DNA from: Candidatus Dojkabacteria bacterium
Lineage (GTDB): Bacteria; Patescibacteriota; Dojkabacteria; SC72
DNA: 64,000 nucleotides
NCBI GenBank assembly: GCA_050950165.1
Contig: JBMNHC010000001.1
Location: forward strand, 657,073 to 721,072
Reading direction: 5' to 3'
The position numbers were made by a program, and so were the translations under genes. Shown here piece after piece: positions 37,507-46,666 of the stretch. The number at the start of each line of letters is the position of its first letter. Positions within the stretch are counted from its first letter, which is position 1. The notes beneath the pieces are model-generated. The model worked only from the letters and a program-made list of their open reading frames with translations, was not told the origin of the DNA and did not search any database.

Positions 37507-37950
37507 ATGAGGTGTCCATACTGTGCATGTACAACTTCTAAAGTTGTAGACAAAAGAGATAATAGTGAGGACTTTTCTACTAGAAGAAGAAGGCAGTGTT
37601 TAAGGTGCGGTAGAAGATATACAACATACGAGAGGATTGAAAGGATAGATGTTGTAGTGATTAAAAGAGATGGTTCTTTAGAAAATTTTGACTGTGAGAA
37701 GTTAAGAAAAGGGATTAAGAAAGCTGTTGATTTGGATAAGATTACTGAGTCGGATATTGAGCTGTTTTGTGAGGAGGTAGAGAGAAAGGTAATGGTTAGT
37801 CCAAATCCACTAACTACAGCAGATATTGGAAATATGGTGTTGGAGTGGTTAAGGACTCAAGATCCACTAGCATATATGAGGTTTGCTAGTGTGTATAAAA
37901 AATTTGAAACTTTAAAAGATTTAAAAGAAGAATTAGAGAAATTAATTTAA
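37507..37950 (+). CDS. nrdR: Transcriptional repressor NrdR.
   Basis: Zinc ribbon CPYC...CLRC plus an ATP-cone. Confidence 0.9.
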   Translation: MRCPYCACTTSKVVDKRDNSEDFSTRRRRQCLRCGRRYTTYERIERIDVVVIKRDGSLENFDCEKLRKGIKKAVDLDKITESDIELFCEEVERKVMVSPNPLTTADIGNMVLEWLRTQDPLAYMRFASVYKKFETLKDLKEELEKLI

Positions 37951-37960
37951 TAATACTGCC

Positions 37961-40900
37961 GTGAAAACTGTTCATTTCAAGGTTAAAAAAAGAGATGGAA
38001 GGTTAGTACCGTTTGAGATAGAAAGAATTGAGACAGGGATATTTAAAGCTGCCGAAAGTGTTGGAGGTGATGATAGAGAGAGAGCAAAAGAGGTAGCAAG
38101 TGAGGTACTTAAGAGATTAACTAAGAAGCATAAGAAAGAGCTTTTCATTACAACTTCTGATATTGCTAAGTGCGTTAAAGAGACTCTAAAGGATATGGGG
38201 CATGGTAAGACTGCTACTGCTTTTGAGTTGTTTGTGGATCTTAACAACAAGGTAAAGAATATTAAATCGTTAATAGATGCTGAATCCTTAATTAAGGGAT
38301 ATATTAGAGAAGAGGATTGGAGAGTTAAAGAGAACAGTAATATGGCATACTCTTGGCAAGGGTTAAATAACCATATCTCTACTTCAGTTCAGGCTAATTA
38401 CTGGCTCTATACCATATATCCTAAGGTTGTTTCTAATGCTCATATAAATGCAGATTTACATATTCATGATTTAGGTATGATTGCAACATATTGCTGTGGA
38501 TGGGATTTACAGGATCTTTTGCTTAGAGGTTTTACAGGGGTACCAGGAAAGATCTCTTCTAGTCCTCCTAAGCACTTCTCTGCTGCATTGGGACAGTGTG
38601 TTAACTACTTGTATACCCTTCAGCATGAAGCAGCAGGGGCACAGGCTTTTTCTAGTTTTGATACTCTACTTGCTCCATTCATACGATATGACAAATTAAG
38701 CTACAAAGAGGTAAAACAGAAGATACAGGAGTTTCTTTTCAATATGAATGTTCCTACTAGGGTAGGATGTCAGACTCCTTTTACTAATATCACCATGGAT
38801 CTAGTACCTCACGGTATGTTAGCTAAAGAAAATGTCATCATTGGTGGTAAGCCACAGAAAGAGAAATATGGAGATTTTCAAAAAGAGATGGATATGCTAA
38901 ACAGAGCGTTTTGTGAGGTGATGATGGAGGGAGATGCACAAGGCAGACTCTTTTCATATCCCATTCCTACATACAATTTAACTAAAGATTTTGATTGGGA
39001 GAGTGATAAATACAAATCTTTGTGGGAGATGACAGCTAAATATGGTATCCCCTACTTCTCTAACTTCATTAATTCCGATATGAATCCTGATGATGCTAGA
39101 TCTATGTGTCCTTTAGCAGGAGATGAGAGGGTGTTAGTTAGGTCATCAAGAGCAAGAGGTTTAGAATTTTCTACTCTCAAAGGGATATATGAAGGAGACT
39201 TAAAAGAGCAAGAGTATGAGATATTTAGTAATGGGGGTTTCGTAAAAGGGAAGTTTGCTAAATTCAAAAACCAGAAGATGATAGAGGTTGTTCTTTTAAA
39301 TAACCATAGTATTAAGATGTCGGTTAATCATTTGAATTTTGTTTTAGAAAACAAGAAATCAGATATTAAAGAATTAACTGGTTCAGAACTTACTAAGGGT
39401 ATGTATCTTCCATATTCACTTAATCAGTATGAAGGGAGAGGTGGAGATGAAGAGTTAGGATATTTTGTAGGAGCGTTTGCAGGTAATGGGTCTTTTAATG
39501 AGGAAAGCTCTGTACTCTTTTCTCTCCCTATTAATCAAAAAAAGAGTGTTGCAGAGAAACTAATTAAGATATCTGAGAGATACTTTGGTGCTAGTTATAC
39601 AATTAAAGAGAACAAGAAGAGTAAACTTCTCATATTGGAAATATTCTCAAGAGCTGCTGTAGGTTTGTGTAAAGATTTTGTAAGTGGCAAAGGAAGAGAG
39701 AGAGTCTACACTTCTAAATTGTATGAGATGTCTAAAGAGTTTAGATTGGCAGTAATTGAAGGTCATTTAGATATAAATGGTGGGAGGAAGAATAGGATAT
39801 ATACGTCTTCATTCAAGATGGTTGAGTCTTTAAATATGTTAACAGCTACTTTAGGTACTTCAACTGCAATATATGAAGAAAGGGGGAAGAAAGGATTAGA
39901 CTTTTCTGTTTTGATATATGGGTTATGCAGAGAGAAGTATGGGGATTTCTGGTTTAAAAAAGATGGTATGTTGTGGATGAAGATTAAAGATATTAAAAAG
40001 ATTCCTAACTCTACTGCTTACTGTTTTGAGGTAAAAAACAATATTCCCATGTTTACAGTTGGTGGGAGTGGTATTCTAACTCACAACTGTAGGCTTAGAT
40101 TGGATAATAGAGAGCTAAGAAAGAGAGGTGGGGGTTTGTTTGGTGCAAATCCACTAACAGGAAGTATTGGGGTTGTAACTATTAACATGCCTAGGATTGG
40201 GTATCTAGCAAAAAATAGAAGGGATCTCTTTAAGAGGATTAATAATTTGATGGATATTGCTAAAAGGAGTTTGATGATTAAACGGTCCGCTATAGAGAAA
40301 TATATGGAGATGGGACTCTATCCATACTCTAAGTTCTACCTTAATAATATTAAAAAGAGATTTGGTGAATATTTTAAGAATCACTTTAATACAATTGGGA
40401 TATTAGGTTTGAATGAGGCGTTAATAAATTTCTTAGGTAAGGATATTACTACTAAGGAAGGAAGAGAGCTTGGCTTAGAGATTATGGACCATATGAGAGA
40501 GAGATTAATGACATATCAGATTGAGACTAATCAGCTATTCAATCTAGAGGCTACTCCAGGAGAGAGTACAACTTATAGATTTGCTAAGGCAGATAAGGCT
40601 AAATATGGAGATAAGATCATTGCGGCTTCTGATTTTGGCAAAAATCACTGTTCTGCTCCATACTACACTAACTCTTCTCAGCTTCCTGTAGGCTTCACAG
40701 ATGATGTATTTGAGGCTTTAGATATGCAGGATGACTTCCAGTGTAAATATACAGGAGGAACGGTTCTACACATCTTCTTAGGTGAGAGAATGCCATCAGC
40801 TAGGAGTGTAAGAAATTTTGTTAGAAAGGTTGCAGAAAACTACAAATTACCCTACTTCTCCATCACACCTACTTTTAGTGTATGTCCCAAACATGGATAT

Positions 40901-40984
40901 ATGTCTGGTGAACATACATATTGTCCTAAGTGTGATGCAGAGTCAGGGTATATTGATGGTATGCAATTTGAAGAAATTAAATAA
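37961..40984 (+). CDS. nrdD: Anaerobic ribonucleoside-triphosphate reductase (class III) catalytic subunit. It contains an in-frame intein and ends after its Zn-ribbon, before the glycyl-radical motif.
   Basis: N-terminal ATP-cone, the NrdD core and a C-terminal CPKH...CPKC zinc ribbon. The intein lies between ...DDARSM and CRLRLDN. Confidence 0.9.
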   Translation: MKTVHFKVKKRDGRLVPFEIERIETGIFKAAESVGGDDRERAKEVASEVLKRLTKKHKKELFITTSDIAKCVKETLKDMGHGKTATAFELFVDLNNKVKNIKSLIDAESLIKGYIREEDWRVKENSNMAYSWQGLNNHISTSVQANYWLYTIYPKVVSNAHINADLHIHDLGMIATYCCGWDLQDLLLRGFTGVPGKISSSPPKHFSAALGQCVNYLYTLQHEAAGAQAFSSFDTLLAPFIRYDKLSYKEVKQKIQEFLFNMNVPTRVGCQTPFTNITMDLVPHGMLAKENVIIGGKPQKEKYGDFQKEMDMLNRAFCEVMMEGDAQGRLFSYPIPTYNLTKDFDWESDKYKSLWEMTAKYGIPYFSNFINSDMNPDDARSMCPLAGDERVLVRSSRARGLEFSTLKGIYEGDLKEQEYEIFSNGGFVKGKFAKFKNQKMIEVVLLNNHSIKMSVNHLNFVLENKKSDIKELTGSELTKGMYLPYSLNQYEGRGGDEELGYFVGAFAGNGSFNEESSVLFSLPINQKKSVAEKLIKISERYFGASYTIKENKKSKLLILEIFSRAAVGLCKDFVSGKGRERVYTSKLYEMSKEFRLAVIEGHLDINGGRKNRIYTSSFKMVESLNMLTATLGTSTAIYEERGKKGLDFSVLIYGLCREKYGDFWFKKDGMLWMKIKDIKKIPNSTAYCFEVKNNIPMFTVGGSGILTHNCRLRLDNRELRKRGGGLFGANPLTGSIGVVTINMPRIGYLAKNRRDLFKRINNLMDIAKRSLMIKRSAIEKYMEMGLYPYSKFYLNNIKKRFGEYFKNHFNTIGILGLNEALINFLGKDITTKEGRELGLEIMDHMRERLMTYQIETNQLFNLEATPGESTTYRFAKADKAKYGDKIIAASDFGKNHCSAPYYTNSSQLPVGFTDDVFEALDMQDDFQCKYTGGTVLHIFLGERMPSARSVRNFVRKVAENYKLPYFSITPTFSVCPKHGYMSGEHTYCPKCDAESGYIDGMQFEEIK
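39107..40087 (+). mobile_element. Intein (327 aa) with a LAGLIDADG homing-endonuclease domain, inserted in nrdD.
   Basis: Block A CPLAGDERVLV, block B SVNHLNF, LAGLIDADG-like LGYFVGAFAGNGS and AVIEGHLDINGG, and terminal blocks F/G AYCFEVKNN...GGSGILTHN followed by the +1 Cys. Confidence 0.8.
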
Positions 40985-41004
40985 TTTTTTACTGCTCATT
41001 TAAT

Positions 41005-41142
41005 ATGACAAAGAAACCAAAAGTAGTACAGAGACAAAGGTGCGAGGTTTACTCAAGGGTTGTAGGTTACATTAGACCTGTTACACAGTGGAACCCTGGT
41101 AAACAGTCAGAGTTCTCTGATAGGAAAACATTTATAGCCTAA
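41005..41142 (+). CDS. Stand-alone 45-aa ORF encoding the NrdD glycyl-radical domain (RVVGY motif). It is in a different frame from nrdD and 20 nt downstream of its stop.
   Basis: MTKKPKVVQRQRCEVYSRVVGYIRPVTQWNPGKQSEFSDRKTF contains the class III RNR glycyl-radical signature R-V-x-G-Y and the following WN.GK..EF.DR block. Confidence 0.55.
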   Translation: MTKKPKVVQRQRCEVYSRVVGYIRPVTQWNPGKQSEFSDRKTFIA

Positions 41143-41143
41143 G

Positions 41144-41824
41144 ATGTTAATTGCTGGTTTTCAAAAATCTACACTACTAGACTATCCTGGAAAGGTAGCG
41201 GCTATTCTTTTTACATATGGGTGTAACCTTAGGTGTGAATATTGTCATAATCCTGAATTAGTAATATTGCCTTGTAAAAAAGAAACCATTATTACAGAAG
41301 AAGAGATATTCTCTTTTTTAAAAGAACGAAGGTCTCTTTTAGATGCAGTTGTAATTACAGGTGGAGAACCTACTTTACAAAAAGACTTAATTCCATTTAT
41401 TAAAAAGATTAAAAGTATGGGATATCTTGTTAAACTAGATACCAATGGTACTAACTCAAAGATTGTTAAAAAGATACTAGATTTAGATATTGTAGATTAC
41501 TGGGCAATGGATGTTAAGTACGAAAAAGAGATGTACAAACAGAATCTATACAAAGAGATTCAAAAGAGTATTAAAATGATAATGGAGAGAGCAAAAGACT
41601 ATGAATTTAGAACAACATATGTAAAAGGAATACATACAAAAGAATCAGCAGAGAGTATAGGGGGTTTAATTAAGGGAGCAAAAAGATACTATATCCAAAA
41701 CTTTAGACCAGGAAAAACCATCAACTCTACTTTAAATATGACCAACTCCTTCTCTCCCAAAGAGCTAAAGGAGATAAAAAGGATAGTTTCTAAATATGTA
41801 AAAAATACAGAGATCCGAGAATAG
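41144..41824 (+). CDS. nrdG: Anaerobic ribonucleotide reductase activating protein (radical SAM).
   Basis: CNLRCEYCHN radical-SAM cluster motif. Starts 1 nt after the glycyl-radical mini-ORF. Confidence 0.85.
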   Translation: MLIAGFQKSTLLDYPGKVAAILFTYGCNLRCEYCHNPELVILPCKKETIITEEEIFSFLKERRSLLDAVVITGGEPTLQKDLIPFIKKIKSMGYLVKLDTNGTNSKIVKKILDLDIVDYWAMDVKYEKEMYKQNLYKEIQKSIKMIMERAKDYEFRTTYVKGIHTKESAESIGGLIKGAKRYYIQNFRPGKTINSTLNMTNSFSPKELKEIKRIVSKYVKNTEIRE

Positions 41825-41825
41825 C

Positions 41826-42476
41826 CTAATTAGGATTATCCAATACCATAACGACCTTCCCATTAATTAAAGAATCACTATTCACATCTAAATATATCGG
41901 CTTATGAACAGGATTACTAGACTTCGGGTAAAGAATAGTCATATTCTTTTCTCTCTTAATATTTTTAACAGTTGCACAACCATCTATAATAGCTAATACA
42001 ACGTCCCCATCCTCAATCTCAGCATCCTTTTGAATAATGACATACTGCCCATCTTCAATATTTTTTCCATTAACCTCTCTCATATTCATAGAATCCCCTT
42101 TAACTATTAAAGAGAAAAGATTACCCCGATTCTTTACAAGAGACTTCTCCAACTGTAGTATACCTATATTCTCCTCCTCTGCTAAAACCAGAGGATCCCC
42201 ACCATTAGCATATCCTAAAATAGGTATACCAACTAAATATTCATACAACAAATCCTCCTCAGTCTCATTAACTATATGTATACCCCTCGGTTCACTAGTT
42301 CTAATGATAAAACCCTTCCTCTCCAATGCCTCCAAATGACTTACTACTCCTCTCTTAGTAGATATATGCAACATCCTCTGTAGTTCAGTAAGAGAAGGTG
42401 CACTTCCGTTCTCTAAGTAAAAATCTCTGATTACTCTTAGAACTTTACTCTGTTTCTTTGTAAGATTTATATCCAT
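41826..42476 (-). CDS. lexA: LexA repressor.
   Basis: N-terminal winged HTH (LTELQRMLHISTKRGVVSHLEALERKGFI) and a C-terminal S24 peptidase with Ser (VKGDSMN) and Lys. Confidence 0.85.
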   Translation of the reverse strand: MDINLTKKQSKVLRVIRDFYLENGSAPSLTELQRMLHISTKRGVVSHLEALERKGFIIRTSEPRGIHIVNETEEDLLYEYLVGIPILGYANGGDPLVLAEEENIGILQLEKSLVKNRGNLFSLIVKGDSMNMREVNGKNIEDGQYVIIQKDAEIEDGDVVLAIIDGCATVKNIKREKNMTILYPKSSNPVHKPIYLDVNSDSLINGKVVMVLDNPN

Positions 42477-42505
42477 ATTTTTAGGTATACCAATTTATTA
42501 CTACT

Positions 42506-42549
42506 AGTATACTCCTTGTGGTATACTACACAAGTACTTATAGTATACT
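42506..42549. promoter_or_regulatory. Candidate SOS operator(s) in the lexA / DUF4870 divergent intergenic region.
   Basis: Three copies of the perfect 8-bp palindrome AGTATACT / GGTATACT (42506, 42520, 42542). The middle copy is embedded in the dyad CTTGTG-N8-CACAAG (42515..42534). Confidence 0.35.
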
Positions 42550-42612
42550 ATTGACTCCACCTCTCTATGATATATATACTTGTAATATATAACTTTTGTA
42601 TTAATTAATATA

Positions 42613-42954
42613 ATGGCAGAGGCTAAAAAGATCTACTCTCTAAATGAGATCAAATACAATGAGAAGAACAAGGCTTTAGCTATGGTTTCTTGTATCCCTC
42701 TTGTAGGTTTAATTATGCTTTTTGTAGAAAAGAAAGATCTGTTTGTCAGATACCATGCTGCACAGTTTGCTTTCTTTAACCTTATCCTCTTAGTAGGCAT
42801 TATCCCAATAATTGGTTGGATACTTTCTCCTATCTTAGGAATCATGTCCTTCATTGCATTTATAATAGGTTTAGTTAAGATAAGTGGGGGAAACAGATTT
42901 GATATACCAGTACTTTCAGGATGGGGATTAAAGTTAATGAGTGCTACTGAATAA
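42613..42954 (+). CDS. Small multi-TM membrane protein, DUF4870-like; divergent from lexA.
   Basis: VRYHAAQFAFFN motif plus 3 TM helices. Confidence 0.55.
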   Translation: MAEAKKIYSLNEIKYNEKNKALAMVSCIPLVGLIMLFVEKKDLFVRYHAAQFAFFNLILLVGIIPIIGWILSPILGIMSFIAFIIGLVKISGGNRFDIPVLSGWGLKLMSATE

Positions 42955-42980
42955 ACTTCACTAACCTATCGAATTAAAAA

Positions 42981-43012
42981 AGGAGAGTGTAATTACTCTC
43001 CTTTCTTTTTTT
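42981..43012. terminator. Bidirectional rho-independent terminator between convergent genes.
   Basis: 8-bp stem aggagagt/actctcct with a 6-nt loop, flanked by an A-tract (5') and a T-tract (3'). Confidence 0.5.
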
Positions 43013-43031
43013 CTACCTTCTCTCTCTTAAC

Positions 43032-45971
43032 CTACTTAATTTCAGGTTGCCAGTTTCCTCTACCCTCCAATACTCTTACAAAGTATGACTGTAAGCTATT
43101 GATTGGGAAGTCAAAACCGTACTCCATATCTATACCGTTCTCTACTGTTAGTTGATATCCATCATATCTTTGCATATCTGATTCCCATCTACTTACATTG
43201 TCTGCTGTAAAGTCTACTGGTTCATATTTATTTATACCCTTTATCAATGACTTAGCAGTATATTGTGCTACATTAGATCCATATGTACCAATTAGATTCC
43301 ATCCAGGATAGAGAGTTATTGGAGCTCTATCTTCAGAAGATTCTAATTTTACTGGTTGTCCAACAATTGAGATAGAGATATCTCTATTAGCTTTAATAAT
43401 GTATCCTTGTCCAGGTATTAACTGAAAGTCATTATTATCATATACCTCTACATTCTGACCTACTACAGACCATTTACCATCATATTTAGAGATGGAGTAG
43501 AAGACATTACCGTATACAGAATTGAGCTTTTTTAACAGTCCTGCAGCTGTTCTACTATCAGTATAGTCGATTAAGAATGGGAATGTTACGAAGTTAAAAC
43601 CTTCTGCAAGATTGTAGTCATATGTTCTAACAACATTGGTTAATTCAATCTTAGAGGCTAAATCAGATACATTTTTGTCTACTCCTTTATCATATGCACC
43701 ATTTTTATTTACATCTATATACACCATTATATTTCCATCTTTTACTTGCAAATCTTTTTTAGACACACTAAATGCATAGAATTCTCCTTCATATGTAAAT
43801 GTGTACATACCTTCTGTTAAATTAGTAAACATTCCTGTTTGAGTATCAAGAATAAATTCACTTGTCTCTTGTGCAATACTTTTATTTGATACTCCTTTTA
43901 TATTGTTGTAGAAAGACAGAGGAGAAGAGACACATCGTTTATTTTGACACACAGCTCCGTTTGTATTACAAGTTTTATTATCATCCGATGCATTACGACA
44001 AGAAGCAACCTCTGGGCAAATCTGATCTTGAGTAATAGCTCCTCCTTTGTATCCTCCACTTTCACAATAGCAATTATCAGAATCAGGACATGGCTCGTTT
44101 ATTCCTAATATCTTAAGATTTACCGCAGATTTAATTTCACTCCCTCCTTGAGGGACTTCTTTAACCTTGAACCAGCTACAATGATACATTTTACCTACAA
44201 TATTACCACCAGAATCCTCAGTCTCAACATAGCACCTACTCCCCAACTGACATTTGGCATCTTCCCCACAATTATACACTGGTCCTGAGTATGGAGCAGT
44301 TGTTCCCCCATATCCCTCCATCTGTCCTGAACTAATCTGAATCCAACTGCCATTATGACATATATACTCCTGCCCTCTTTCATTACGTTTATAAAGATTG
44401 TTGTTTGTCCTCTCGTAACATTCCCTTACATCTTCTGGTGGAGAACTATTAGGGCCTCCATTCTGATTAGAGCTATCATCTCCATTAGGACTTACATCCC
44501 CCCCATCAGACCCCCCACTATGTCCAGAGCCCTGTCCAGTACCTGTATCACATGAACGATACGTTGTTACCTTTCCTTTTTTTCCGTTTACACAGCACTC
44601 GTCACCAGTTCTAAGAGAATGGAAAACATCCTGGGAAGTGTCAACACATCCATTAGAATCATTTGTTTTCTTTTCCTCTGATTGTTTTGGAGGCTGGATT
44701 TTCCCACCAAGATATGATTTATCATTACAAGTATTGCTATCTATAGTCTTCCATACAAAAAACCCTTTATCCCCCTTGGCACATATTTTACAATCATTAC
44801 CATACTTTACTGTAGAACCTTCTACTCCTCCACCAGAGCATTCTGGTTTTGATGTTTTAGCAAGTTCCTGTAGCCCTTGTTCCAAATTTTGTCCTCCTCC
44901 ACAACCTCTTCTTTCTAGAACTGCTGAATCACATGCACACTCTTGTCTTGTACCCCCAACACTCTCCACACACCCTCCGCAGTATGCTACAAATTGACAA
45001 CCCGATGCACTTGCACCTTTAACAACCTTACCCTTTGTACTATCTACCCTAATTAAAACATCAGGATCCTCTTTTTCTTCTGTATATCCAGATATATTAA
45101 TAACCATTGTTTCTGCAGGAGAAGACTCGCTCATACTTATTCTCTTTTTCCACTGTCCTAAAGGCCCTAAATCTAGATATACCTCTCCATATATATTAGC
45201 TATTGTTTGAGAATATTTTTCAAAGAAAAGCTCCCCTTTACTATCTACAGCCGTTGAAATATCAATATACCAAGCACCCTCCTCATTTAGAGAACTAGAA
45301 TATGTATTACTTCTCTCTCCTGAAAGCTCCTCTAGGTAGTTAAAGTAAATTACACCATCAGAGACACCAAGTAATTCCTCTATAATTAAATCCTTATTAT
45401 CCGCATTCTTAACAAAACCATACGTAGGAATTGGTGTCTCAATAGATTTTGCTACCTCTAATGTCTTAACTGTTGAATCCTTTTTAAAAAGATTAGAGTT
45501 AATAAACAGAAGACCATCTCCTACCATTACACCATACTCACTCTCTGGACTAACACCCCTTACCTCAATATGATGAGTATAGTAGGAACCCTTCTTTGTA
45601 ACAGATTTCTCTACTACAATATCATCTAAAGATACTGACAGAGAACTACTACCCCATATCTTCTCATTAGATCTTTCTGTTGCATCTAGCTCTGAGTATC
45701 TAATATCCCTAGTATCAAACCCCAATGTCTTACCAAGTGATGTAAAAGATATCGGTAATCTATTCTTCCCATCTATTACTGAAACTACTCCCTTCGTAGG
45801 AAACCTAGTAGTCCAACTAACAGTAAAAGAATTAGATGAAATATTTGTATATTTAATATCCTTAGGTAATATCCTTACAAAACCTACTATTAATATCAAA
45901 AGAAGTAAAACTCCTAAAGATATTAAAGAAATATTTAATACCTTTCTTAGTTTAAAAGATTTAATATCCAT
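43032..45971 (-). CDS. Very large (979 aa) membrane-anchored, secreted cysteine-rich protein with an FN3-like N-terminal domain.
   Basis: N-terminal TM helix; FTVSWTT FN3-like strand; a central region with more than 40 Cys and Gly-rich stretches; no enzymatic motif recognised. Confidence 0.6.
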   Translation of the reverse strand: MDIKSFKLRKVLNISLISLGVLLLLILIVGFVRILPKDIKYTNISSNSFTVSWTTRFPTKGVVSVIDGKNRLPISFTSLGKTLGFDTRDIRYSELDATERSNEKIWGSSSLSVSLDDIVVEKSVTKKGSYYTHHIEVRGVSPESEYGVMVGDGLLFINSNLFKKDSTVKTLEVAKSIETPIPTYGFVKNADNKDLIIEELLGVSDGVIYFNYLEELSGERSNTYSSSLNEEGAWYIDISTAVDSKGELFFEKYSQTIANIYGEVYLDLGPLGQWKKRISMSESSPAETMVINISGYTEEKEDPDVLIRVDSTKGKVVKGASASGCQFVAYCGGCVESVGGTRQECACDSAVLERRGCGGGQNLEQGLQELAKTSKPECSGGGVEGSTVKYGNDCKICAKGDKGFFVWKTIDSNTCNDKSYLGGKIQPPKQSEEKKTNDSNGCVDTSQDVFHSLRTGDECCVNGKKGKVTTYRSCDTGTGQGSGHSGGSDGGDVSPNGDDSSNQNGGPNSSPPEDVRECYERTNNNLYKRNERGQEYICHNGSWIQISSGQMEGYGGTTAPYSGPVYNCGEDAKCQLGSRCYVETEDSGGNIVGKMYHCSWFKVKEVPQGGSEIKSAVNLKILGINEPCPDSDNCYCESGGYKGGAITQDQICPEVASCRNASDDNKTCNTNGAVCQNKRCVSSPLSFYNNIKGVSNKSIAQETSEFILDTQTGMFTNLTEGMYTFTYEGEFYAFSVSKKDLQVKDGNIMVYIDVNKNGAYDKGVDKNVSDLASKIELTNVVRTYDYNLAEGFNFVTFPFLIDYTDSRTAAGLLKKLNSVYGNVFYSISKYDGKWSVVGQNVEVYDNNDFQLIPGQGYIIKANRDISISIVGQPVKLESSEDRAPITLYPGWNLIGTYGSNVAQYTAKSLIKGINKYEPVDFTADNVSRWESDMQRYDGYQLTVENGIDMEYGFDFPINSLQSYFVRVLEGRGNWQPEIK

Positions 45972-46096
45972 CTATTAAGAATTAAAATGTTACTTAATAT
46001 ATATAGTACACAGTAAAAAGAAGCAGTGCAATACTCATTTGACAATATATCCTAAACCTTTAAAATTAAACATAATTAGATAACAGAAGCATATTT

Positions 46097-46666
46097 ATGA
46101 AAAAAACAGTTAAATATCTAACCATACTACTTCTCTTTGTAATACCCTTCTGTACAAAAACATTTGGGGAAGAACTACTCTATACCCCTCATCCTAATTT
46201 TGACTATGTTGCTGTTAATAACATATTAGCTTCGAAAGAAGAAGAAGGATTTTTAAAAATATATAGAGACGATGTAATTAAAATTGCTGGTATTGGGGAA
46301 GTAGGTAAGAAAATTGTAATATCTTTGGACAAGGAGAAATATGAAACTACTGTAGATCAATATGGTAACTGGTTTGTGATCTTCTCTGTACAAGATTTAG
46401 ATATGGGCTCATATCCTGTTACAATTGAAATAGGTAATTCTAAAAAGAAAGAGCATTTAATTACACTCATTGTTGAGAAGGGAGATAGAGTGGAGATGAA
46501 TAACAGTTTAAATCAAGAAAATGAACAGAATTCTGGAGTAGTAAGAGTAGGAGAGATTGAAATAGATTCAAAAACTAAGAATATACTATGTATAATATTA
46601 CTACCTACTCTTTTTGTAATAGGGGTTGTAGTTGGAATATATATTGGTAAAAGGATTAAGAAATAG
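46097..46666 (+). CDS. Hypothetical secreted protein with a C-terminal TM anchor.
   Basis: Signal peptide plus the C-terminal hydrophobic helix ILCIILLPTLFVIGVVVGIYIGKRIKK. Start-stop overlap with the next gene. Confidence 0.5.
   Translation: MKKTVKYLTILLLFVIPFCTKTFGEELLYTPHPNFDYVAVNNILASKEEEGFLKIYRDDVIKIAGIGEVGKKIVISLDKEKYETTVDQYGNWFVIFSVQDLDMGSYPVTIEIGNSKKKEHLITLIVEKGDRVEMNNSLNQENEQNSGVVRVGEIEIDSKTKNILCIILLPTLFVIGVVVGIYIGKRIKK

Noticed and set aside
40970-41010. Explaining the nrdD / glycyl-radical split as a simple programmed -1 or +1 ribosomal frameshift.
   Set aside because: The downstream frame is closed by a TAA at 40978..40980, there is no slippery heptamer, and the mini-ORF has its own ATG. 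Independent initiation or a sequence error is more likely. The question is left open in the findings.
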